This document shows, piece after piece, positions 19,803 through 27,957 of a stretch of 50,546 bases of DNA (the stretch's first letter is position 1; every line of letters begins with the position of its first letter). The DNA comes from a virus (taxonomy: Duplodnaviria > Caudoviricetes). Location: positions 1 through 50,546 of IMG/VR virus record IMGVR_UViG_3300021180_000017; one strand, given 5' to 3'. Made by a program: the position numbers and the translations under genes. Under the pieces are notes generated by a model. It searched no databases. It saw nothing but the letters and a program-made list of their open reading frames with translations, and was not told where the DNA came from.

Positions 19803-20068
19803 TCATGTTCTTTTCTATTTGGGAGGATTATCTTGTCGAACGCCGCGTTACGGACCCGGATATCCCAGATGTCGTCTCTGATTTCTGCAAATCTCTTGTC
19901 GTCATGACGTTCGTGGTACTCAAGTTTATCTATGATTTCTTTACCTAACGCTATGAAATCTTTACGGAGGTTGTTGAAATGACCATTCAGCCACCAAGCC
20001 AGACTCCAGACGGAACCTGCAGTGGCTAGGATGATTCCTATGGCGTTGACGGAGATATTCTCAAACAT
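19799..20068 (-). CDS. Membrane protein (N-terminal TM plus coiled coil)
   Basis: IGIILATAGSVWSLAWWL followed by a charged helix. Confidence 0.65.
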   Translation of the reverse strand: MFENISVNAIGIILATAGSVWSLAWWLNGHFNNLRKDFIALGKEIIDKLEYHERHDDKRFAEIRDDIWDIRVRNAAFDKIILPNRKEHE

Positions 20069-20274
20069 TATTTCTTATTAATACGGGTGTAATCCCCGTC
20101 GTTCTTGCCGGAAGTGACCGAATCAGTCTCGGTTATACCCGAGGTATCTCCCGCCATGAGATCAGCCAGCGTATAGACCTGTTCGATCTGGACGCCTGGG
20201 AAATTCCGTCTTTCCGCCTGGACGTCACACTCCGGGAGTCTGTATTCACTCTCCCACATCATCGTTTCAGACAT
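20068..20274 (-). CDS. Hypothetical acidic protein
   Basis: 68 aa. The stop overlaps the next ATG. Confidence 0.6.
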   Translation of the reverse strand: MSETMMWESEYRLPECDVQAERRNFPGVQIEQVYTLADLMAGDTSGITETDSVTSGKNDGDYTRINKK

Positions 20275-20278
20275 CAGT

Positions 20279-20640
20279 TTAATCCCTTCTTGTGTCCTTC
20301 TTTGAGTCTATTTTCTTCTTCATGTCGGACTTTCTGTCCTTGGCCTTCCGGCCGTCGAATGCTTTAGCCATTGTTAAATCTCCGATTTAACGGGAATGAT
20401 GTAATCATTCTTTCTTGTCTTTCTTTTTCTGAATCTTCTTGATTAACTTCTTATGAAGACGATCCAACTTAAGACGAGCCTTCATAATCTTCTGGACGAT
20501 GCCCATCACGTATACCTACCTACCGAAGAAGAACCCTTGTGCTTGGAATTCCAGATCTTGGCGGCTCTTGTCTTGGCTTCCTCTGTCGACATCCCGCCGT
20601 GGATGAACTTATCTCGAATCTCTTCGTATCCTTTAGGCAC
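20279..20640 (-). CDS. Three tiny basic ORFs heading the late operon (20506-20640, 20405-20506, 20279-20371)
   Basis: MPKGYEEIRDKFIHGGMSTEEAKTRAAKIWN (GTG start, 44 aa), MGIVQKIMKARLKLDRLHKKLIKK (33 aa, TGATG coupled) and MAKAFDGRKAKDRKSDMKKK (30 aa, GGAG SD). Confidence 0.55.
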
Positions 20641-20669
20641 TTGACATTCCTATGTATATGATATATTAT
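20641..20669 (+). promoter_or_regulatory. Sigma70-type promoter, rightward
   Basis: TTGACA-N17-TATTAT. Confidence 0.7.
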
Positions 20670-20682
20670 TATTTCCTACATA

Positions 20683-20711
20683 ATTATACACTATGTGGAG
20701 AAAGAAGTAAA
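20683..20711 (-). promoter_or_regulatory. Sigma70-type promoter, leftward (candidate late-operon promoter)
   Basis: On the minus strand, TTTACT-N17-TATAAT, just upstream of the first late ORF. Confidence 0.6.
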
Positions 20712-20714
20712 GAA

Positions 20715-21412
20715 ATGGATACAGAAGAGGTAGAAAGCTATTCCAAAGCTTATACATTGACCGAGTTTATTGAGATTGATCCTATGAAGGAATTGATGAA
20801 ATTATACTACATCTGGGTCAAAGACGGCAATACTTTGAATATACGAGTAAGAATGGGGGTCGAGGATGCATCGTAGATAGGCCCTAGGATTCAATTAGAA
20901 GGTCATGGGTGAGTTATTTCATTAAGTATGAGGGTAAGTAGCTAAATTATGGTAAAACGCACGTACGGGCTTCCTAATCGATTTAAAGGCTATTTGGAAA
21001 ATAAGCCTAAATATGTGGATTGGAAGGTAGTTGCGGGAGGAAAAATCAGTTCTATCCAGACGTATGACGTTGTATTCGACGATTATGATTTGAAAATAAG
21101 ACAAATAGGTATGAAATGAAAGAATGGAAATATGATTGTCTTTCTGAAGAAGATTTTAAGAAAGCTAGAGAGGCTTTGATTAAAGCTAATGTTAGAGGTC
21201 CTTTCATGATAATTTACTATGAGTAATTCTATGACTGACTATACCGATTTTGTTTTAGTTGAATACTCGGATTGTTGGAGGTATTTCCATAAGATGTGGT
21301 TAGAAGTATGACTGATTATCAGATGAAAAGAAATCTAGGATTTATCTTTTTTGTTTTAGCTTTATTTGGAATTTGGAAGATTTCAGAAATTTTAGTTAGA
21401 TTTTTGGTGTAA
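20715..21412 (+). CDS. AT-rich operon of five tiny ORFs (20715-20876, 20949-21119, 21116-21226, 21219-21311, 21308-21412)
   Basis: The last four overlap successively, two via ATGA. The final one is a TM peptide (NLGFIFFVLALFGIW). All lie downstream of the 20641 promoter. Confidence 0.5.
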
Positions 21413-21454
21413 AATTTCTGTGAGATATATTTTTCGTGTGATTCATTCGGCCGC

Positions 21455-21760
21455 GACAACCCCCCGTTCCCCCTTTGTACCCCTTTTGATCTCAGAAAAG
21501 AACGGATGGAGAACAAAACAAGTACGAAAACCTACGGTTGCAAAGGTAGTGCTCTGAACGTGCATATCTTAGTTATACCTAAGTTACTTAGGTAACTAAG
21601 TTATACTTTACACTAGGAATAACTGCGAGTTACTTAGTTACCTAAGTACAACCTAAGCTATAACTAAGATACTTCTGATTATCCGAATAAGGCAGGACAG
21701 ACCAAATAAGGCACAGTAAGTTACTAGGCCTTAATCTCAGTTTGTTCTGCCTTATTCTTA
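21455..21760. repeat. Non-coding repeat/palindrome region, probable physical genome-end region
   Basis: C-runs at 21460-21483. Eight CTAAG/CTTAG in 21568-21668, a near-perfect inverted repeat at 21568-21600, and a 14/15 inverted repeat at 21685-21699 / 21743-21757. Confidence 0.6.
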
Positions 21761-21823
21761 TTCTTGCCACAATCCTGCGACGACTTGTCGCAGCAGTTAC
21801 AACCTCCGATGTCTTGGATTGCC

Positions 21824-21852
21824 TTTACACAACTTCTCTGGTTTGCTACCAT
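21824..21852 (+). promoter_or_regulatory. Putative early promoter
   Basis: TTTACA-N17-TACCAT. Shares TTTGC just before the -10 with the promoters at 24189 and 26964. Confidence 0.55.
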
Positions 21853-22005
21853 CTATGTACGGTCAAGTTGTGTCACGGCACTTGTGCAACGCACACATTA
21901 GACCGGGCTGTCGTGGACTAAAATCGTAAACCGATACAGCATTGCCTACGCCTTGCCAGCTAGGCCAAGCATTCCGCTTGGCCGTAAATGGAAAGGACAA
22001 GGCAA

Positions 22006-22218
22006 ATGAAACACGTCTACTATTGCCAAGGCGACGGCGGACAATGGAACGTCAAGGTTGAGGTATTACAGCCTGAGCCGGGATATAACATTCTCGCCGG
22101 TACTCAATTGAAGGTTGTTCGCGCTATTGAAAGCGGAGCAACCGGAACACTCGGTAGTGACGGGCATATGTACATGCTCGTTCCTGATTGTGATCTATAC
22201 GACAAGCCTCAGGATTAG
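22006..22218 (+). CDS. Hypothetical early protein
   Basis: 70 aa from MKHVYYCQ, with AAGG SD. Confidence 0.6.
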   Translation: MKHVYYCQGDGGQWNVKVEVLQPEPGYNILAGTQLKVVRAIESGATGTLGSDGHMYMLVPDCDLYDKPQD

Positions 22219-22291
22219 GTGCAATCATGTATGATTACAACCATCACGTGTTTGCGTATCTCCTTTATTGGTACATGAAAGGGGTACGTAA

Positions 22292-22597
22292 ATGACAAGC
22301 CGAGTTGATATTCACATAGCAACAGAGCAGGCGAAACGCGACAAGTATCTCTATTTGAAGTATGTCCAAAAGATAGTACGCTTACCTGCCCAAGTAGTAT
22401 CTATCTTGTACAAGATGGGAGAAATACCGCCTGCGTTTCCGTTACCTGCAATCGCTTTGCAGGTTATTCACGCCTATGAACCGGATGACGGTTACAATGG
22501 CGATGTCCACTATATTGTTATTGAGGACTATACCAATCGGAAAGCTGATGTTTATTGGCCTAACGATAAGCCTCAATACAATATCCCTTGGAAATAA
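22292..22597 (+). CDS. Hypothetical early protein
   Basis: 101 aa with AGGGG SD. Confidence 0.65.
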   Translation: MTSRVDIHIATEQAKRDKYLYLKYVQKIVRLPAQVVSILYKMGEIPPAFPLPAIALQVIHAYEPDDGYNGDVHYIVIEDYTNRKADVYWPNDKPQYNIPWK

Positions 22598-22659
22598 ACC
22601 TGTCATCAAACGCTGGCAAGACGCGGGCAATGTTGTATCACAACCGAAAGGGACTACAC

Positions 22660-23907
22660 ATGACTACCAATACAGAACATCGTAGAGTTGCTGGCGTTAA
22701 TCCGTTGGCTATCAAGTTGGCAGCCAAACTCCCGGAAGAGTTCTTCGAGAGTGCCGACATGGTATTCGACGCCGATCTGGTTAAGAAAACCAGCGCGGTT
22801 GTGATCCTGCCAATCATCAAGTCTGTCTACACTAGAGACGAGCGGAAGGTTTGGCCTCGTCTCGATGCCGGCCGTGTTGATGGCGAAGTTGACTACACCT
22901 GCAACAACCCTGATTGGACGAAGGCCATGAACGGCAAGCGGACTGTCTGGGTTTCGTTCTTCGATACCATCGTATTGCGTTCAGCCAAGGCGATGGCGAT
23001 AACGTCTCAGATTGAAAACGTTGAGACACTCGCTAAGGCCGAAGGCAAAACGTCCGGCGGTATCGGTATCAAGCTAGACCGGGATAGTGACGTCGCCACA
23101 CTTGAGGCGAAGTTGTCGTCCTACAAGAATACTTTCCGCAAGGCGATCCGTCTCATGCAGGCGGAAGAGGCAGCGGCGGAGTATTACCCGGAGATGAAGT
23201 TCTCTTACCGGAAGGACACGGACGGCGGAATCAAGCAATGTGCTGAACCGATCATGGCATACCCGCAGGAATTGCCACTACTCGGCGAGAACTTCACTGT
23301 TACCCAATTCACCGGGCTTGACTTCAAAGCTGTTCAAGACAGCGGTGAGACGGACCCGGAGAAGCGATGGCAGATACTCCTAGCGACGAAGGCGAAGGGT
23401 ACGTCTGAGGACGAGGACGACGAGGACAACATCGAGATCAACAACTACAAACGCTTTGAGACAGGCGCGGCCTCGATGCTGTACTACCTCGAACAGGCGG
23501 CGAACACGACGAAACTCTATTCGACTTTCGACAAGGCGAAAGAGATCACGTCGGTTGCCGACTTCATCAAGACACTTGTTGAGTTGGCCGTCGAATTGGG
23601 CAGCATCGCTCAACACCTGAAGGCACCTCGAAAGGGAGGCAAGGGCAGCCTCTACGAACAGGCGATGGCAGCGAGTGAACAGACGGAAGAGGAAGCCGAG
23701 GCCGAGACAATCCAATCGGCTGAGGTGTATTCGCCTGAGAACTACATCGCCCTTGAGATCGGACAATACCGGACTGACTACCCCGCCGAAACCAAGGGGA
23801 TGTCCGACGAGTACCTGTTCAATCTCGTCATGTCTACGACGGATGACATGGAACCCGCCGCTTGGAAGGCCTTGCTCAAGGCCAACCCGCAACGGCGTAT
23901 CGCCTAA
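22660..23907 (+). CDS. Hypothetical early protein (about 415 aa, acidic, helical)
   Basis: AAGGGA SD before MTTNTEH, host-like codon use, followed by a terminator. Confidence 0.85.
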   Translation: MTTNTEHRRVAGVNPLAIKLAAKLPEEFFESADMVFDADLVKKTSAVVILPIIKSVYTRDERKVWPRLDAGRVDGEVDYTCNNPDWTKAMNGKRTVWVSFFDTIVLRSAKAMAITSQIENVETLAKAEGKTSGGIGIKLDRDSDVATLEAKLSSYKNTFRKAIRLMQAEEAAAEYYPEMKFSYRKDTDGGIKQCAEPIMAYPQELPLLGENFTVTQFTGLDFKAVQDSGETDPEKRWQILLATKAKGTSEDEDDEDNIEINNYKRFETGAASMLYYLEQAANTTKLYSTFDKAKEITSVADFIKTLVELAVELGSIAQHLKAPRKGGKGSLYEQAMAASEQTEEEAEAETIQSAEVYSPENYIALEIGQYRTDYPAETKGMSDEYLFNLVMSTTDDMEPAAWKALLKANPQRRIA

Positions 23908-23921
23908 TCTGACCTGACTAC

Positions 23922-23959
23922 TAACCCCATGCTCTTAACCGGGCATGGGGTTTTTTATT
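23922..23959 (+). terminator. Intrinsic terminator
   Basis: aaccccatgctc...gggcatgggg followed by a T-run. Confidence 0.85.
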
Positions 23960-24188
23960 GTCTTAATCGATGCAATTGCATTTAACTCTTTAGTTAACAA
24001 TCTGAATCAACTGTGATGTAAATCACATTCATCTGTTGCGGGTTTATCACACTGTGACATTTATGCCACACCCGAAAAAAGTGACAGGAACAACACGCGC
24101 GCGACACAAACCCCTCCCCGACAACACCAACCTACATGCGGAGAATACTACTTCCGCGTGCCATCGTCTAAACCTCGGCCATGTAAGG

Positions 24189-24217
24189 TTGCATCATCTC
24201 GGTTGGTTTGCTATAAT
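24189..24217 (+). promoter_or_regulatory. Sigma70-type promoter
   Basis: TTGCAT-N17-TATAAT, with a near-duplicate at 26964. Confidence 0.8.
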
Positions 24218-24471
24218 TATAGGGTAAGGTAGAGATCGGGGAATTAACCGGTCTCGCCTTGCTACCGAACATGAATGTGCGGGTTCGTTTCCTGAAGATG
24301 CGGGTTCGTTTCCCGACGGGCGTCCGTTGGCCTCCGATCTGTCAGTACAACAACGGCATGCTGGAACAGCATCAAATAGCAGCCGAGCAACTGCCTACAA
24401 AACTGTTCACTCCCTTCCGGATTAGTGTCCGCGGAGGGAGCATTTACTCATACTCTCGGAAGGAGAATCAA

Positions 24472-24705
24472 ATGGGTGTACGTCAATTTCGATTGGGCTA
24501 TAAACACGGATTAGAAGGGATTCGTGCGTTATCTCATCGTAAATGTCGTCGTTACGATAGCACTTCTGCCAACGAGGGCTATCTTTTTGGATACTCAAAA
24601 GGTTTGCGTGAACGTTTTGAACAAAACAAAAAGGTAGGTTTAGATTATTCCAAACCTCTGAATAACCAAAACTTTACGCACGGATGGAGGAAGACATGCA
24701 AATGA
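24472..24705 (+). CDS. Hypothetical protein
   Basis: AAGGAG SD before MGVRQFRLG. The longer upstream extension in the track is unlikely. Confidence 0.6.
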   Translation: MGVRQFRLGYKHGLEGIRALSHRKCRRYDSTSANEGYLFGYSKGLRERFEQNKKVGLDYSKPLNNQNFTHGWRKTCK

Positions 24706-24875
24706 CTAACAAAGAACTGCTTGTACTTGCTAACACCGTGAAGCACAATCTCGATCTGCTCAATCCGCCACAACTCCAACGGACGTATCTCAGGAACGCC
24801 CAGGTGAATATCCACAAGATCATCACCGAACTCGAAGATCGCATCACGAAGACTGCGGAGGGATGGAGTTTTTGA
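24702..24875 (+). CDS. Hypothetical protein
   Basis: GGAGG SD and helical sequence. Start could be 24696 or 24702. Confidence 0.6.
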   Translation: MTNKELLVLANTVKHNLDLLNPPQLQRTYLRNAQVNIHKIITELEDRITKTAEGWSF

Positions 24876-24877
24876 AA

Positions 24878-25063
24878 ATGAAACCTCAGACTATCCGTGA
24901 GATCGAAGAACAGATGGCTGACGTGATGACGTCTGAAAACATCCCGTACCAGCCTATCGTCGACGAATTCCACCGTCTGCTATCCATCATGGGTAACGCT
25001 GACGGTGATGAACTGATCGCCCTTACTTTAGTAGCAATGGTCAACTCTGTACGGGAGGGTTGA
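24878..25063 (+). CDS. Hypothetical protein
   Basis: MKPQTIREIEEQ, with GGAG upstream. Confidence 0.6.
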   Translation: MKPQTIREIEEQMADVMTSENIPYQPIVDEFHRLLSIMGNADGDELIALTLVAMVNSVREG

Positions 25064-25192
25064 ATGCGCCACGTCGTCTACACCCTGTATCTGGGTGACT
25101 ACCATCTCCGTCTGCTTCAGCGGGGATGGCGTGAACATCACTGTCTATTCGTGGATGGTGAAGTCTACATCAAACTCACAATAGGAGGATGA

Positions 25193-25561
25193 ATGGCAGG
25201 CAACAGAGGGAAGACGATGCGTCTTAGACGCTGGGAGAAAAGACGGATGTACGGCAGACGCAAGTACTGCACAGGCTGCGGTCGGCTGTTTGCCTATACT
25301 CACTGGTTGTTGAACCATCGCTATACCTTTCGTTGCGGTGGTATGTTTCGTATTCGGGATGAGCTTACCGGCATACCTCATGTGCCTTTGGTTCCTCCTG
25401 AAATGGAATCTATCCGACAGAGAGTAAGACGTCGCCACAAAGGCAGAATCCCCGGCACTGTCCGTCCATCACGTATGCCGGGAGGGAGTGGCTTCCGTAA
25501 CCATATTCAGGAGGAGAACGGTTATGCGCATCCAATGTACCTGCGGAGAAATCTGCCGTAG
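25193..25561 (+). CDS. Arg-rich hypothetical protein
   Basis: AGGAGG SD, CTGC motif, very basic. Confidence 0.55.
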   Translation: MAGNRGKTMRLRRWEKRRMYGRRKYCTGCGRLFAYTHWLLNHRYTFRCGGMFRIRDELTGIPHVPLVPPEMESIRQRVRRRHKGRIPGTVRPSRMPGGSGFRNHIQEENGYAHPMYLRRNLP

Positions 25562-25727
25562 TCGTACGGTATTTAAGATTCATTGCAGGACCACGCCAGT
25601 CGACGGACTGCACACACAGAACCGGCTGATCCGTCGGTTCAGACCTGCCGGCCCTAACAAGGTCGACCGGAGGAAGGAACGAGAACTGCAGGAAAGGGAA
25701 CGCAATGAGCTTCGGCGGTTCACTTAA
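25524..25727 (+). CDS. Small basic Cys/His protein
   Basis: AGGAGG SD before MRIQCTCGEIC. Confidence 0.5.
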   Translation: MRIQCTCGEICRSRTVFKIHCRTTPVDGLHTQNRLIRRFRPAGPNKVDRRKERELQERERNELRRFT

Positions 25728-26253
25728 ACAATCGTCCCAACTATTCCGACGCTTCGCCCTGTTCATCGACGGGGCGAACGTCTACGCCTCGGCGAAAGCC
25801 CTAGGCTGGGAGATAGATTGGGATAAAGTTTTGGTATACTACAGGAAGAACGATCTCGTCAGGGCGTACTACTACACTGCGATAGCCGAAGGGGAAAGTC
25901 GGCTTCGTCCTATGGTGGATTACCTGGCGTTTAATGGATACGTCCTTAAGACTAAACCGATGAAGATATTCCGAGACCCCGTGACGGGTGTCGTGAAAGA
26001 GAAAGGCAACGTCGATATGGAGCTCGCGCTCGACGCTCTGGACATCTCCGAGTTCGTGACCGACATCGTGATATTCACAGGAGATGGCGACTTCCGTATC
26101 CTAGTCGAAAGACTACAACAGCGTGGTGTTCGTATCCATATCGTATCGACGGTGAAGTCTGATCCGCCGATGTGTGCGAACGAACTCCGTGCACAGTGTG
26201 ATTACTTCGTCGATCTCCAAGACTTACAACTCATATTCAGGAGGGATAAATGA
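25705..26253 (+). CDS. NYN domain (LabA/DUF88, PIN-fold) predicted ribonuclease
   Basis: ALFIDGANVY, RAYYYT, KGNVDMELALDA, IFTGDGDF and ELRAQCDYFVDL. All acidic catalytic motifs are intact. Confidence 0.93.
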   Translation: MSFGGSLKQSSQLFRRFALFIDGANVYASAKALGWEIDWDKVLVYYRKNDLVRAYYYTAIAEGESRLRPMVDYLAFNGYVLKTKPMKIFRDPVTGVVKEKGNVDMELALDALDISEFVTDIVIFTGDGDFRILVERLQQRGVRIHIVSTVKSDPPMCANELRAQCDYFVDLQDLQLIFRRDK

Positions 26254-26412
26254 TACTCTGGAAAATAGAATACATCCGTCCTCCTTACATTCACAACAAC
26301 GACGAGATCGTATTCAGACGACACATGTGTGAGTGGTTGTTGCCGCAATCTCTCGCTTCTCACTTGAAGTATAATCCTCGTCATCTCCCTGTGGTAAGGA
26401 AGGAGCCAGACA

Positions 26413-26775
26413 ATGAATACTATTATCTACGGATGTCTATTCGTCGTGCTCTCGACGGTTATCGCGCACTCCGAACCTATCTCCCGCCATCATCCTTCAA
26501 CGATTGAAAGAAAGGTCGAGCATGTCCGTCACCACAGTCGTACTCGCTGTGATCGTCTTCTCGATGACCAGCGCAATCGCCTTAGTCTTAGCTTACCTCT
26601 GGCTAAGCCTGATAGCGTGCGAGATATACCTTCAGGATCGTCGGGATGGGGAGTCGTAAGTCCTGAAGTTATCTACCCGGAAGCGACCGGCACGGCGGTT
26701 TTAGATGCCTGGTCAGGTCGAGTTCCTGTCATAATTTTGGCGCAAATCTACTGGACGTGGAGGCCTGAGACATGA
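26413..26775 (+). CDS. Hypothetical protein with signal-peptide-like N-terminus
   Basis: AAGGAG SD, hydrophobic N-terminus and ATGA overlap with the next gene. Confidence 0.55.
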   Translation: MNTIIYGCLFVVLSTVIAHSEPISRHHPSTIERKVEHVRHHSRTRCDRLLDDQRNRLSLSLPLAKPDSVRDIPSGSSGWGVVSPEVIYPEATGTAVLDAWSGRVPVIILAQIYWTWRPET

Positions 26776-26963
26776 CTAAGTATTATTTCGGATACCGGAC
26801 AGAGAGAGGAATGATCTGGCCGGTGAAGTACGTCACACACGACGGAAGGAAAGTCGGCGGTGAGTTCGAAGCTGTACAAGTGGTGGAACTTTCAGAGGCT
26901 GACTTCTACGGCAAGAGTTTAAACAGATGTGTGTCTGACAACGAATACAAGCCAGTCGTGTAG
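26772..26963 (+). CDS. Hypothetical protein
   Basis: 63 aa with GGAGG SD. Confidence 0.65.
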   Translation: MTKYYFGYRTERGMIWPVKYVTHDGRKVGGEFEAVQVVELSEADFYGKSLNRCVSDNEYKPVV

Positions 26964-26992
26964 TTGCATCATCTTCCTTCTTTTGCTATAAT
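26964..26992 (+). promoter_or_regulatory. Sigma70-type promoter
   Basis: TTGCAT-N17-TATAAT. The pattern GTTGCATCATCT...TTTGCTATAAT is shared with 24189. Confidence 0.8.
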
Positions 26993-27127
26993 ATAAGAAC
27001 AATCAAAAAGGGAGAAAATCCGTGGTTAGGATAACCCGCGTTCATGGCTTTAGAGAACGTACTAACCAACTCTACCGTAACAGTACGTTAGAAGGCGGTC
27101 ATTCATTGCATGATGACTGTCTAATGT

Positions 27128-27808
27128 ATGGTGGTAGTTGTAAATGTGTATTTATCCAACAATGTCGATACGTCAAGAAGGATGACGGAAATGGGGAACA
27201 GGGTGATCAAAGCGAAGGAACTCAAGATCAAACATCGTCGGATGCGCCAACAAGGCAAGTTCACGATGAATGAGATCAAGAAAGATCGTTGGTCTACCAA
27301 CGGCAAACAATTCATCAACACTGGTCGCGTCCCTGTAGCGTCGGTGATGCAGGAATACAAATCCCACACGGGGAACACCCTCTTTAGAACACGGACCGGC
27401 GAGATATTCGTCGCCCGTGATCCGATGGAGTTGTATTTTGTGAGTAAGTTCGCGAAGAAGTACACAGACGCGGAAATCATCGCACTCGGCAAACCCAACG
27501 CAGAAGGATGGAAGACAGCCGAGAGTACACCGTTGGGTGCCGTCAAGGAGAAGTTGTTGCGTCTCGATGCTGATAAAGGCATCATGAAATGGAATCATTT
27601 CAGAATTCGTCGGGAAGATCACATCCATATCGATTTGTTTTTCTCTCCGACGAAAGACCGATGGCTGTACATCCAGGTCAATCCCAAGACTGGCGTGGCC
27701 CATCGTTCTGTCATTTACGGAAGCAAAGAAGTCGCGGAATTCAAAAGAAAGAAAAAGATCGTAACGTGGATTCCGTTGTCTGATCCGAAACAACCTATAC
27801 GCATCTAA
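27128..27808 (+). CDS. Hypothetical basic protein (start uncertain)
   Basis: Long ORF on the arm's coding strand. Confidence 0.7.
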   Translation: MVVVVNVYLSNNVDTSRRMTEMGNRVIKAKELKIKHRRMRQQGKFTMNEIKKDRWSTNGKQFINTGRVPVASVMQEYKSHTGNTLFRTRTGEIFVARDPMELYFVSKFAKKYTDAEIIALGKPNAEGWKTAESTPLGAVKEKLLRLDADKGIMKWNHFRIRREDHIHIDLFFSPTKDRWLYIQVNPKTGVAHRSVIYGSKEVAEFKRKKKIVTWIPLSDPKQPIRI

Positions 27809-27887
27809 TAACCTTCAGTTAACGATCTAGCCGCGTCGGCTCTGGTCTCTCCCCGGGACTTTGGGCTCCTTCCCCTCGTGGCTGGAT

Positions 27888-27932
27888 AACCCCCGAGTTG
27901 AGTGCGTGAGCATTCCTCGGGGGTTTTCATTT
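27888..27932 (+). terminator. Intrinsic terminator
   Basis: aacccccgag...ctcgggggtt followed by ttcattt. Confidence 0.7.
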
Positions 27933-27957
27933 GCCCATACTTTAAAAGGAGGTAGGG

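Noticed and set aside
20715-21412. Stop-codon reassignment to explain the fragmented small ORFs
   Set aside because: All core genes are intact in the standard code, all three stop codons end genes, and the small ORFs change frame with coupled overlaps.
24276-24330. tRNA or mini-CRISPR array at the TGCGGGTTCGTTTCC repeats
   Set aside because: No cloverleaf, and only two 15-nt copies with a 6-nt gap, too short for a repeat-spacer unit.
26250-26507. 85-aa ORF after NYN as a confident gene
   Set aside because: It has an SD and an ATGA overlap, but overlaps the 26413 ORF by 95 bp. It cannot be resolved from sequence alone, so it was left out of the features.
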